A DNA stretch of 64,000 nt, from the NCBI GenBank assembly GCA_047495785.1, contig JBLDXI010000042.1, positions 4,836,001-4,900,000 on the forward strand, written 5' to 3'. This DNA is from Lepidodermella squamata (Eukaryota; Animalia; Gastrotricha). Positions 10,183 to 22,253 of this stretch are shown piece after piece; positions within the stretch are counted from its first letter, which is position 1; the number at the start of each line of letters is the position of its first letter. The position numbers were made by a program, and so were the translations under genes. The notes beneath the pieces were generated by a model. That model was not told the DNA's origin and made no database searches. It was given only the letters and a program-made list of their open reading frames with translations.

Positions 10183-12775
10183 ATGACATTTCTAAAACGA
10201 GTTCGACTCTTTCAACTACTACTAATCGCCTTCAGCTTCACTGAGCTATCCGCATTGAGTGAAAGCCTGACGATGTTCCCGCCACCTTTAAATTCCACAA
10301 CGGCAGCAATGCAATCGGTTCAACTTTCAACGCCGCTACCACAGTATATCGCATCTGCTAATTACACGGGGGAGACAGTATCAAACAAAACTGTCATCGC
10401 TATTCTGGCCACTTCGCCCTACGCTGGAGAGATGCCGGTAGGGGCTCTCGTCTCAAAAGCAATGGAGCTGGCTTTGGACCAGCTTCACAAGTTGCAAAAT
10501 TGGCTGCCGAGCTACGAACTTGTCATAGAAGTCTACGACGACGAATGCACTGATGCGACAAACACAGAAAGAGTTGTAAATGCATTTAGAAGCACAGCAG
10601 CAGGCAGGAATAGATTGCCTTTACTCATCAGCGGAGGTTGCTCAGGTGTTGGAATGCGGACAGTCGCTGAGGTGTCGAAATTCTTCAACTACGTTTCTGT
10701 GAGTTTCTTTTTACTATCGGTCGCTCTACGATCAGGTATGTAAAGCACTCGCAAAAACTTTAACTTGCATATTACAGGTATGCGTCTACGTAATAACTAA
10801 CTCGTATTAATACTTCCCAACAGCTTGGCAGAAATTTGTTTCCACGCTTGGAAGCAGTGAACGTAAGTCTGATATGGCTGAGAAAGTTTTCCCATGCCGG
10901 AGTGTTCGAAGAGGAGATGGAGCCTGCCCTTGATGAGCTGAAGCCTCTGGACCCTAGAATAATTCTAATGGATGCTGATCTATCGGCTGGTAAACTTTGC
11001 TGGATGCACCGGAAGAGGCTATTCGGCCCAAACATCGTCATTTTCGTGTGGTATTGGTCTGATGTATATCCGCTTCCGTACGTACCCGAAAGCATGGTGG
11101 AATGGTGTACAACCGACATGATTTACGAGGTCTGTTATAGCGCATTAGTCACTAAGGCTTTGTGAGATAATTCTGTTGTTCAAGGTCATGCAAAGTGTTA
11201 TCTTTTTTGGCGACACGTCATTGGTCGATGTATACGGTACGGATATTAGAGACTCAACAGGGATATCCTACACGAAGTGGGAGGCGGAGATGCATGCGAA
11301 AATCGATCGGCCTGAGAATGGTGGATTTTGGGCTTCCTTTCGTTTCACATTTTACGAGGTAGCTATTTTCGCTGGTTATGTCTTACAAGCTGTTGAATCC
11401 CAACTTCAAAAGCGTTAGTCTTTCGCGATATCTTTCCACATTTTCAATTGAATGTTAACTGTTTAGAAAATGCGACCCTATCAGACTTGTTCACTGATTC
11501 AGCAACATTTCAGGATCGCGGGCATGAAATCGCGAGCTTATTCATTGAAGCAGTCTATTCGGCTAAAGTGGCTGGATTCAAGGGGATTTATAACTTCGAA
11601 AAGTCAACCCAGGATAATTCCAAAGTATTTGTGCCAATAGCCTTCACCCAGCTTCTGAATAATGGAGCTAACTCGTCTGTAATAGCTGTCTATGCATCAA
11701 ATACCAGAAACCTAACAGTTTTTCTAGACAGAATAACATGGACAACTCGTGACGGATTAGCTCCATTGGATTCCAAAAAGATAGTAAAGATCGAGTCCAG
11801 CTATTCATCTCTAGAAAGCTACATAGCTCTTGTGGCCATTGCTGCCATCGAAATTTTCGTTTGTGGAATACTGCTCTTTCTGCCAACAATTGGGCGCAAG
11901 ATCAGCAGTGTGGTTGCATCGACTTTCAAGCCATGCGAAAAAGAGGATTTCACAACCACCGTCGGAATCATTTTGATGCAGTGCGAAGTTATCATTCTGC
12001 CAATACCATATTTAAACTATGCTTCGCAATGCACAAGCATGATCACACTGTTAACAATAGGCTATTCCATCGCCAATCTCGGCGTTATGCTGAAAATCGA
12101 TCGCGGGAAAATGAAATTGATCCATACACTTGGCTAACACATCGCGAAGCAAGCCTAGTGTGATGATGGCAAGGCTTCGGGATAGTAAGAATTCAATTAG
12201 GCAGACCCAACCGGGTGTAACCGTTGATACCAATGTCAACTCATCTGCTAGCAAGTTCTGGCGCATGTTCAACACCATTCAATGTGCTGCTATACAAGCT
12301 GTCGTAGCCATCAGTTTAGCCGTTCTCGAGTCGCCTTTCGAAATCGAAATTTCGATCGGTGCGGAAGTTGAGCAGAGCGATTCCCAAATATTGTTACAGT
12401 ATTTTCGGAAGCAATGTACATTTGATTTTACGAGTAATGCCCCAGCTACGGCAATCGCAGTCGTTGAGGTTATCTCTATCGCCGTAGTTATTTTACGAAC
12501 CGCGCTATTATGCTATCAAGTCCAAGTGGTAAACGTTTGCTCGCTCAAATCTTTCCGCTTTTATCGTTTTGAATTCACAGAAAAAGAGAACTGTCGTTAT
12601 TCCAAAGGATCTTGTGGCTACATGTGCGCTTTTCTGCTGCCTGGTGCCGTTTGTTGCTGCGACCGGGCTCGTTTGTATTCTTATGCCGTCTTTAGCTATT
12701 CATGTTGTGAGTGTCGCAAATCTGCTGTTCTGTGCCATAATACTATTAGTCACCTTTTACACTCAACGGCAGTGA
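10183..12775 (+). pseudogene. Class C GPCR copy 3, probable pseudogene
   Basis: Close paralog of copy 4, but the intron-1 acceptor and most of exon 2 are deleted (junction ~10722) and exon 5 has a frameshift at ~12129 (ORFs 11448-12137 and 12130-12825 are in different frames). Confidence 0.75.
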
Positions 12776-12828
12776 AAATGAATCTTCCGTTAAAAATAGC
12801 AACTGCATACAGGACACAGGACTAATTA

Positions 12829-15442
12829 CTTTTCACTTTTTCATTTTGATTAAAACATCACTTTTCATGAGTTGTAACGCGTGCCAAAAACGCTGTGGAA
12901 ACGCCATTTCATGCATTATATGTAACAGCTTATTCCACAATACGTGCATGGGCCTATGTAATACCGATTTCACGACAATAACCAATGCAAATCGGAAGCT
13001 GTGTAAGTCGGAGACTTCTACTTATCAGCCAAAGATCGTCATCATCTGCTCTGAGAAATGCCGTCGACTATTGAACAGTTGGATAGGTCAACACGCAGCG
13101 GCGTCTACAATTTGTTCGAATAAGACCGACAAAGAATCATCGGTTGGCGAGGCTGTAGAGCAGCCCACAGAAGGAAATCCTGTCGCTGAGGCTGAGATGC
13201 ATGCGTGTTCTAAAACGTCTTCGGGTGGGACCGACGAGGAAGCAGTAGGTGGTGATGCCGTCCATCAGCTCGTGGGAGACAAACCTGTCGAGTCTACTAT
13301 GGATTTTGTAGTCGTAAACGAAACTGCTGAGCTGCTTCTCTGCCCCTGTGGTAATGAAGTTTTCGCATTGTGTGTTTGTGGGTGTGCTACGCCGCTTTGT
13401 CATGATCACTTTACCAACAAAAACAATTGCTCTTCCATTGATGAAATGCCGCAATACGCGCGTGCCCCCGAAAAAATAGCTTTTTCTCGTAAATTATTTA
13501 ACGCAAAAAAACGTGAAATTCCTGATATTTCTGACTCGAAAATCTCTGCCTATACTCTGAAAAACAAGCTAAATGATGCCGATGCGCGAAACAAGTTCAA
13601 AGCGGCGGAAAGTTCTTTCAAAAAAGAAATGCTAAAATTTCAGTATCAAAGGGAAAACGATCTTCTGGAAAATGGTTCAGGGAAAAAAATCTTTGAATTT
13701 GTATCAAATTTCTTGAAAGAAAACAAATCGTCTGTGCCCTCAGCGATGAAATCGAAAGAAAAAATTGTCGTTAGCGATTTAGACAAGGCTGAGCTTTTTG
13801 CCGACACTTTCTCTGCGAATTTTAGGCCTTTATCTACGAAGGGGGCCAGTTATAATAACAAGATTACAAATGACTGTCTACAACACATTCAGTTCGACGA
13901 ATATACTGTATCTCTGTATCTCTCCAACTTGAAGCCAAAATTTGGCGGTGGCCCTGACAATCTGCCTCAATTTTTACTTAAAAATCTCGCTACTTCTCTC
14001 TCTGTACCTCTTTCTATCATCTTCAACTCTTCTATGCTCTCAGGTCAGCTACCTGACGTTTGGAAGGTGGCAGATGTTATTCCTATCTACAAGAAAAGCG
14101 GATCTCGGCTGGAAGCTAAAAATTACCGGCCTATCAGTCTTACCAGTAACATCTGCAAATTGCAAGAAAAGATTATAAAAAATATTCTTACTGAGTATCT
14201 GAAAAGAAATAATGTGATACCGCCTAACCAGTTCGGCTTCCTGGAAAAGCGAAATGTTGAACTATTGCTCTTAATCTGTCTCAATAAATTCACGTTCTAC
14301 CGAGACAATAATATACCCGTAGACATAATTTACCTTGATTTGGCGAAAGCCTTCGACTCTGTTCCTATTTTCAAGCTAATAAGTGCTCTTAAGAGCTTCA
14401 ACATATGCGGAAACTTACTCGCGTGGCTAAAGTCGTACCTCTTAGACCGCAAGTTCCGAACTAAAATAGGTAACAGTATGTCAGGTTGGAGAAATGCGAA
14501 CTCAGGTGTGCCTCAGGGCTCAGTTCTTGGACCGCTTCTTTTTATTATATTTCTTATAGCTATCGATATCGACACAAAAGTCGAGTCTCCCTTATTTTTT
14601 TTCGCTGATGACAACAAAGTGTTCAGACCGATTGTGAAAAATGAAGACAAATGTGTTTTGCAAAAAGATCTCGACAACGTCATTTCTTGTTTTAATGAAA
14701 ATGGTCTCGATATAAATTGTGAAAAATGTTGTGTAATGAGAATCGGAGCAAGCGATGAAATCTCGACAGACTATACTATAAATAAGATACCTATTCGCGT
14801 TGTACAGTCTACTAAAGACCTAGGCGTTGTTGTTGATAAGGATCTAAGCTTCACGCAACATTGTGCTACACTTATGAACCGGTGCTCAAGTCTATGCTCT
14901 GCTATTTTGAAGAGTTTCAGATGCAATCGATTAAAGATAATGGCTTTTAAAACTTATGTTTTACCGATTCTGGACTACTGTTCCACTGTGTATAGCCCCT
15001 ATTTTCTCACAACGATCGACAATTTGGAAAAAATACAAGAAAGATTTCTTAAAGCTGTGTTTCCAACCTTGAGCTACGATGATGCGTGCAAACGCTCTGG
15101 TTCACTACGATTAGAACATCGTAGAATTTTACGTGATTTGTTGTTTTGTTTCAAAGCTTACCACAATTTTGTTGATGTCTCTTTTTCATCTTTGTTCGAA
15201 AATTCTACTAACACTAGAAAGGCGAAACACTGCATAGTTCCTTCTAAATGTCGCTCCGATCCCCGAAGATTTTGTATTGGCAACAGAATTAACAAAGTAT
15301 GGAATAAGGTACCAGAATGCATAATTAACTCTCGTACAATTACTGTTTTTAAAAATTATATTTTACAAAACTTGTTGCCTGAACAAAAACAAATCACTGT
15401 GTACACGCGCAACGCGAAACTGCAGTTTTAAATAAATAAATA
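12829..15442 (+). mobile_element. CR1-like non-LTR retrotransposon, compact, single ORF
   Basis: RT ORF ends directly in a (TAAA)n tail; candidate 5-bp TSD AATTA (12824-12828 and 15443-15447); the 3' flank AATTATCGATGA matches the uninterrupted downstream region of GPCR copy 4 (~20721). Confidence 0.85.
12867..15431 (+). CDS. PHD finger + Cys/His cluster + reverse transcriptase ORF (~854 aa)
   Basis: N-terminal CxxC...CxxCxxxFHxxC PHD pattern; RT motifs YRPISLTS, QFGF, YLDLAKAFDSV, GVPQGSVLGPLLF, FADD, KDLGV; C-terminus resembles CR1-type elements (AFKTYVLPILDYCSTVYSPY). Confidence 0.9.
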   Translation: MSCNACQKRCGNAISCIICNSLFHNTCMGLCNTDFTTITNANRKLCKSETSTYQPKIVIICSEKCRRLLNSWIGQHAAASTICSNKTDKESSVGEAVEQPTEGNPVAEAEMHACSKTSSGGTDEEAVGGDAVHQLVGDKPVESTMDFVVVNETAELLLCPCGNEVFALCVCGCATPLCHDHFTNKNNCSSIDEMPQYARAPEKIAFSRKLFNAKKREIPDISDSKISAYTLKNKLNDADARNKFKAAESSFKKEMLKFQYQRENDLLENGSGKKIFEFVSNFLKENKSSVPSAMKSKEKIVVSDLDKAELFADTFSANFRPLSTKGASYNNKITNDCLQHIQFDEYTVSLYLSNLKPKFGGGPDNLPQFLLKNLATSLSVPLSIIFNSSMLSGQLPDVWKVADVIPIYKKSGSRLEAKNYRPISLTSNICKLQEKIIKNILTEYLKRNNVIPPNQFGFLEKRNVELLLLICLNKFTFYRDNNIPVDIIYLDLAKAFDSVPIFKLISALKSFNICGNLLAWLKSYLLDRKFRTKIGNSMSGWRNANSGVPQGSVLGPLLFIIFLIAIDIDTKVESPLFFFADDNKVFRPIVKNEDKCVLQKDLDNVISCFNENGLDINCEKCCVMRIGASDEISTDYTINKIPIRVVQSTKDLGVVVDKDLSFTQHCATLMNRCSSLCSAILKSFRCNRLKIMAFKTYVLPILDYCSTVYSPYFLTTIDNLEKIQERFLKAVFPTLSYDDACKRSGSLRLEHRRILRDLLFCFKAYHNFVDVSFSSLFENSTNTRKAKHCIVPSKCRSDPRRFCIGNRINKVWNKVPECIINSRTITVFKNYILQNLLPEQKQITVYTRNAKLQF

Positions 15443-16409
15443 AATTATCGATGATTATTTCCAAGTTTTAAGAAGCAGATATCGTTTTAGATGCAAGTAA
15501 TAATTTGGATTGGGTCATGATGCTTATCTAGTCCTAATATTCTAGTAAACTGGCTGCAAAGTGACTGAGCTGCTTAAGTAGCGTTACTAGCTTGACACCA
15601 TTTTCTATAGAGAAGCAATAAGCATGACATATTGGGCGATTCCATATTATCAAAAGGCCTTTTGAGTGGGGGATTAACCTGAGATTGATACCCAGTTGCG
15701 AGTCCTGAGCAAGCTGAAGGCATCTGAAAAACCCAATAGACCATTTCGACGCATGCTAGCCGCCATAAAGACATGGAACGAAATCCGAAGGAGAACTTTC
15801 CCGAAACTGTAGATATAAAAATTTGCAAAGGAAAAATGAACGCTCTATGCCGTAGTTTTTAACATTAGTACTTGGCCGAAAATGTTTCGTAAGAAAAGCT
15901 AACGTGGAGGTATCACGTAAGACGAATTTATACAAAGCCGAGAATCCTTCGTTCGATGACCTTCGGTGACCGCATGTAAAATGGGAGTTGAATCATGACA
16001 CATCAGCATCATGACCATGAGGTGCCACCTGTCGGACTCACCGATACTTTTCCGGCTTTCAGCCATGAAGGACGTCAGGTAACCGCGCCAACGTACCATG
16101 TGCTCGTTATGTAACACTAATACTAATTCTAATAGGTATTCAAAAAGATGATTATTTTCGGGCTCTGGAACAGTTGGGTGATGAAATGATGAAATGAACG
16201 CTTTCATGGGGCGATTATTTTGATCTCCCTCTATTTCTTATCTCTCTGTGAGTCGAATGGGTCGAATGGCATCGTGAGGACCGTGAGCCTTCGAGAAAAC
16301 AGGTTTTATTGTAAAGGGTGTTGCAAAAAAGCATCGCGATAGCGCCTACTTTAGTTTTAGCGCCACCTCATTATCAAGCGTGAAGATATACACGTATCTG
16401 GACTCGCAG

Positions 16410-16700
16410 ATTTGTGACACGTGATGCGGAAATGGTGCACCGGTTGAACATACGCTTGAACATACACCGGTTGGAAAAAAACCAGGTTTATAAGCTGATT
16501 TATATCCGAGAGAAAAAATTGAGTTGCCGTAGTAGTCTTTATTAGTAGTTACACAGTGAAAGTTATAGCTATTATTATCTCAAATTTCGAATTTTCTTTA
16601 TCGGCTATAAATCAGCTGATAAACCTAGTTTTTTTTCCTAGTGTATGTTCAAGCGTATGTTCAACCGGTGCACCATTTCCGCATCACGTGTCGCAGACCT
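16410..16700. repeat. Long inverted repeat (~110-bp arms, ~52 bp perfect)
   Basis: GACACGTGATGCGGAAATGGTGCACCGGTTGAACATACGCTTGAACATACAC from 16416; its exact reverse complement ends at 16692. Confidence 0.85.
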
Positions 16701-17947
16701 GCAGACATCAGCAAAATAATCACCGACTTTACCTAGAGTTCCACGAGACTTCCGGGGCATCACTAATTGTTCAAGCTTCGGATGTTATGGTATATCCGAC
16801 ATCACCGACATCATTGGAGCGATCGGAGAAGCTCGCAATAGATGCATATGAGCCTCGTAAGTGAAAACTGTATCTTACTCAACCCTAATTACACCAGAGC
16901 GCAAAGAAGGCTTGTTAAGTGAATTTTGTCTACTAGGAATCTCATGTAATTTTTCACGAGAAATCTTATGATGCAATCAGATTTTCTCTATGGAGCAGTG
17001 TTCATTCGCGCTGCCAAAAATGCGAATGCGTCAATATAAGCGCAAAATCTGCGCACATTTCCGACCCTAATTGGTTGGATACTTTAACCTTGGGGGAACC
17101 TCTCACTTAGGGCCCTAATTCACAGATTTTCAACATGTATCTGAATTGACGCCCAAAATCAATGGAAAATGTGTTTCATTTGTTTCCTTCTCTTGAAACA
17201 TGGTATGATTGTATCTTATTAGGAACTTATTAGGAACGGTGCCAGATATAAAAAACAGGTTTCAGATTTGAATTCAGCGTTGAAAACTACAGCAGACCGC
17301 ATGCTTAACTTGAAATTTGAAATAACGTCATAAGATACTGTTTTCACTTGTCGCTCATATATTTTTGAGTAATCCAGTGTAATCCAGCGCCGGTGACATT
17401 TTAGTTAGCCTTAGTAAAGCTTAGACATAAGTAATGACTATACCGAACCCAAACCTGCAAATACTGTCGTTTAACAAATCAGGTAATCGAGACGATAATG
17501 CCTGTGTCCTAAGTGTTCCCTCTTTCGAGCACTGTGGGCGGAAGTCTTGCGCCCTATCATGATCTGGTCTGAAGATGTTGATTTTAATTATTATTTGATC
17601 TGATTGAACAGCTGACTGATAAATTCCCAGAATATCCAGGGAAGTAATTTTTTATCGCGATTTTATATTGGCGATAGAAAGACCTGCTTAGAATAGAAAA
17701 AATTCTCAAATCAGCATTGAAAAACTGCAGTGACCGTGTACTTAACTCAAATTTGAAAAAGGTCGTAAGGTACAGTTTTCACTAGCCGGGACCATTAAAC
17801 TTGCCATTTTAACTGATTATAATCTGTTAAATGGCAGTTGAAGGTTAGGTAATCGACAAGGAAATCAAATCTACTTTCCAGCAAATTTTAGGGGTTATAT
17901 CAACCAGCTGTTCAATCAGAGATCAGAGCACATTATATCAACATACC

Positions 17948-20682
17948 ATGAAACTTCTGGAGCGAGTTGGATTCTCACTGCTAATAATCGCCTTCAGCTT
18001 CACTGAGCTATCCGCATTGAGTGAAAGCCTGACGATATTCCCGCCACCTTTAAATTCCACAACGGCAGCAATGCAATCGGTTCAAATTTCAACGCCGCTA
18101 CCACAGTATATCGCATCTGCTAATTACACGGGGGAGACAGTATCAAACAAAACTGTCATCGCTATTCTGGCCACTTTGCCCTACGCTGGAGAGATGCCGG
18201 TAGGGGCTCTCGTCTCAAAAGCAATGGAGCTGGCCTTGGACCAGCTTCACAAGTTGGAAAATTGGCTGCCTCGCTACGAACTTGTCATAGAAGTCTACGA
18301 CGACGAATGCACTGATGCGACAAACACAGAAAGAGTTGTAAATGCATTTAGAAGCACAGCAGCAGGCAGGAATAGATTGCCTTTACTCATCAGCGGAGGT
18401 TGCTCAGGTGTTGGAATGCGGACAGTCGCTGAGGTGTCGAAATTCTTCAACTACGTTTCTGTGAGTTTCTTTTTCCCTATCGGTCACTATAATTACTGAA
18501 ATGTTTGTAGATAACCTATGCCCAAACCTTTCGAGAGCAGCAGGAAAATCGTAGAAGATTCAGTTCGCATTTTTCCCTTGGTGATCAGTTCGACATGTCC
18601 CATATAGGCCTCGTAGAGTTTTTGGTTAAAATGAGATGGCACAAGCTTGCAATACTGTCAGAATCTTTCACGCTCTACGATCAGGTAAGCGTCCATAGAT
18701 TTATTTGACTCGCAATAACATTCTACCTCTCAACAGCTTGGCAGCACCTTGTTTCCACGCTTGGAAGCAGCAAATATCAGCCTAATCTGGCTGAGAAAAT
18801 TTTCCCACGCCGGAGTCTTTGAGGAGGAGATGGAGCCTGCTCTAGATGAGCTAAAGCCTCTTGATCCCAGGATCATGCTAATGGATGCTGATCTATCGGC
18901 TGGTAAACTTTGCTGGATGCACCGGAAGGGGCTATTCGGCCCAAACATCGTCATTTTCGTATGGTATTGGTCTGATGTATATCCGCTTCCGTACGTACCC
19001 GAAAGCATGGTGGAATGGTGTACAACTGACATGATTTACGAGGTCTGTTATAGCGAATTAGTCATTCAGGCTTGTGAGATTCTTTTTTGCAAGGTCATGC
19101 AAAGCGTTATCTTTTTTGGCGACACGTCATTGGTCGATGTATACGGCACGGATATTCAGGACTCGACAGGAATATCCAAAACGGAATGGGAGGCAGAGAT
19201 GCATGCGAAAATCGATCGGCCAGAGAATGGTGGATTTTGGGCTTCTTTTCGTTTTACATTTTACGAGGTAGCTATTTTCGCTGGTTATGTCTTACAAGCT
19301 GTTGAATCCCAACTTCAAAAGCGTTAGTCTCTTTCGCGATATCTTTCCACATTTTCAACTGAATGTTTTCTGTTTAGAAAATGCGACCCTATCAGACTTG
19401 TTCACTGATTCATCAACTTTTCGGGATCGGGGGCATGAAATCGCGAGCTTATTCGTTGAAGCAGTCTATTCGGCTAAAGTGGCTGGATTCAGGGGGTATT
19501 ATGACTTTGAAATGTCAACCCAGGCTAATTCAAAAGGATTTGTGCCGATAGCCTTCACCCAACTTCTGAATAACGGCGCTAACTCGTCCGTAATAGCTGT
19601 TTATGCATCAAATACCAGAAACCTGACAGTCTTTAGAGACAGAATAACATGGGCTACTCGAGATGGATTAGCCCCGTTGGATTCCAAAAAGATTACGAAG
19701 ATTGAGTCCAGCTATTCCTCTTTAGAGAGCTACATAGCTCTTGTAAGCATTGCTGCCACCGAACTTTTCATTTGTGGAATTCTGCTCTTTCTGTCAACAA
19801 TTGGGCGCAAGATCAGTACTGTCTTTGCGTCGATTTTCAAGCCATGTGAAAAAGAGGATTTCATCACTACTGTCGGAATAATTTTGATGCTGTGCCAAGT
19901 CATCATCCTTCCAATGCCATATTTAAACTATGCTTCGCAATGCACAAGCATGATCACACTGTTAGCAATAGGCTATTCCATAACCAATCTCGGCGTCATG
20001 CTGAAAATCGCTAACCTATTACAAATGGCTAACCTCTCACGAAGCAAGTCTAGTTTAATGTCGGCCAGGCTTCGGAATAGTAAGAACTCAAGCAGGCAGA
20101 GCCAATCGGCTGTAACCGTTGATATTATTAATGTTCACTCATCTGTAACACCCGCTAGCAAGTTCTGGATCATGTTCAACACCATTCAATGTGCTGCTAT
20201 TCAAGCTGTTGTAGCCGTAAGCTTATCCATTGTTGAGTCGCCGTTCGAAATCGAAATTTCGATCGCTGCCGAAATTGAGCAGAGCGATTCCCAAATATTG
20301 TTACAGTATTTTCGGAAGCAATGTACATTCGACTTTATGGGTAAAGCCCTAGCTATGGCAATCGCAGCTGTCGAGCTTACTTCTATTGCCGTAGTTATTT
20401 TAAGAACCGCGCTTTTATGCTATCGAGTGCAAATCGTAAGTCACTTCAGTTTATTGGTACTTTCCGCTTATCATTTTGCACTTCCAGAAAAAGCGAACTG
20501 TCGTTATTCCAAAGGATCTTGTGGCTACATGTGCGCTTTTCTGCTGCCTGGTGCCTTTTGTTGCTGCGACCGGGCTCGTTTGTATTCTTATGCCGTCTTC
20601 AGCTATTCATGTTGTGAGTGTCGCAAATCTGCTGTTCTGTGCCATAATACTATTAGTCACATTTTACACTCAACGGCAGTGA
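17948..20682 (+). CDS. Class C GPCR (GABA-B-like), copy 4, apparently intact (~824 aa)
   Basis: Exons 17948-18460, 18511-18684, 18737-19042, 19094-19322, 19378-20435, 20488-20682, phase-consistent; signal peptide, VFT motifs, 7 TM segments, very short C-tail. Confidence 0.8.
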
Positions 20683-21230
20683 AAATGATTCTTCTGATAA
20701 AGGGACCTTCTTCTGGGAAAAATTATCGATGAATTCTTGTAATCATGTTAAGACCTAAATTTGTACTCATTTGATGCTTATATTTTAATTCTTATCGAGT
20801 CCGACTATTCTATTCAAGTAGCTGCATAGCGATAGCAATGCAAAATGGCAAAATGGGCCAACTTGAGCCTTGCGAAATTGGATGGTATCAAAAGGATTCC
20901 TGAATGCATATGTATAAGTGGGGTTCCGTTCGGCAGCTTGTTTCGTTTGCTACCTGATACCTGAAATTGATACCCAGTTCTCAGTTTATAAATTTATTTT
21001 AGTAGGCGATTCAAAGCTATTTTCATGACACCTGACACCTGAATTTTAGCCAGCCCAAAGCCCAAAGCCGTTACGATTCAGCCTGCCAAAAGTAGCCCAA
21101 ATAGGGTTAATTATTTTGATGCCTCGTCCCCAGGAAAGGAGAGGTGTTCTTCGGACTGAAACAGGCTTATGATGATATTTAAAAAAACAGTTTTATTCAC
21201 TCACGTACTTGGCTGAAAGATCCAACACTG

Positions 21231-22253
21231 CTACCTTGTGAGGACGAGTTCGATAGCAGAATCAAGCTCGCCATATTTTAAAAACATCTCAAGTGGCAAC
21301 GGTAAAGCAAGACGTTCTATCGCCTTGGGCCTGACGTAATAGCCAACTGGTAAGCTTTTCAAAATCACCAGCCGACAAATCGCCTGCAATTTCAGCGGGA
21401 ATACTGCAAGAAAACCCGGCAGAAAGCAGCGAAACCGCATAACACTCGGAATCTCCGCCAAGTCGCTCAAACTCCGCTTAACATCGTCCAGATTCAAAGC
21501 GGAAGATTGCCTGGCCGCGATTATCAGAGTCAGCACAAGACTCCGAATTGCCTCATTCTCCAAATAACAAAACCGCATGATAAATTGGCGAAAAGTTGCA
21601 GCGAAGTTGCGTTCCCAATATAAGTTGTTGAACGTAGCGCCTGAGTTGAGGAGCAATTCGACAATTGCAGCCTGATCGAATCGTCGCCAATCAATCTGGT
21701 CAAGTCCGACATCTAAAATGCCTTCCCAATTGAAAAAGTCAGCTTCGAACGCACGTTCCAGCGCGTTGTTTCTGGCGAAATTCGCTCCGTTTTTCAGTAG
21801 AATTTCAACAATGTTGTGCCGCAAGTTTTCAATAGCGATCAGCAGTGGCGTTTCGTTGTGGCCATTGGGCAGTTCGATATCGGCCCCACACTTCAACAGA
21901 GTGTCTACAAAGTCTAGCTTCCCAAGTTCGCACGCTCGAATTAGCGCACTTTTGCCGCGTAAATTGACAGCGTTAATAGCTGAACCTTTGCTAATTAGCC
22001 AGTTGATAATGTCCAAGTTGAGGCCGTCAATGCTTAGAATCAACGCTGTATTGCCGTACTCGTCGGTTCCGCTGATAAAATCTGAATTCGCGGTAAGAAA
22101 CAGCTGAGCTTCGGCCAAGTTTCCGTATACACAAGCTTCCAAGAACTGCTTGAAGCTGGAAAATATTCAATATTTAACAGGGAATAGACGAGTTGGAGAA
22201 CGAGTATCATACCTAAGATAGCCGGATTGTTCTATTTCATTTAGCTGATCCAT
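21231..22253 (-). CDS. Ankyrin repeat and SOCS box protein (ASB-like E3 ligase adaptor)
   Basis: Exons 22253-22213 and 22155-21231; ankyrin repeats (GNTALIL, GKSALIRAC, ETPLLIA); C-terminal SOCS box PLKLQAICRLVIL...IERLALPLPLEMFL. Confidence 0.85.

Noticed and set aside
744-19032. Recurrent minus-strand ORFs (MTRLGPNSPFRCIQQS...)
   Set aside because: Antisense shadows of the conserved GPCR exon 3.
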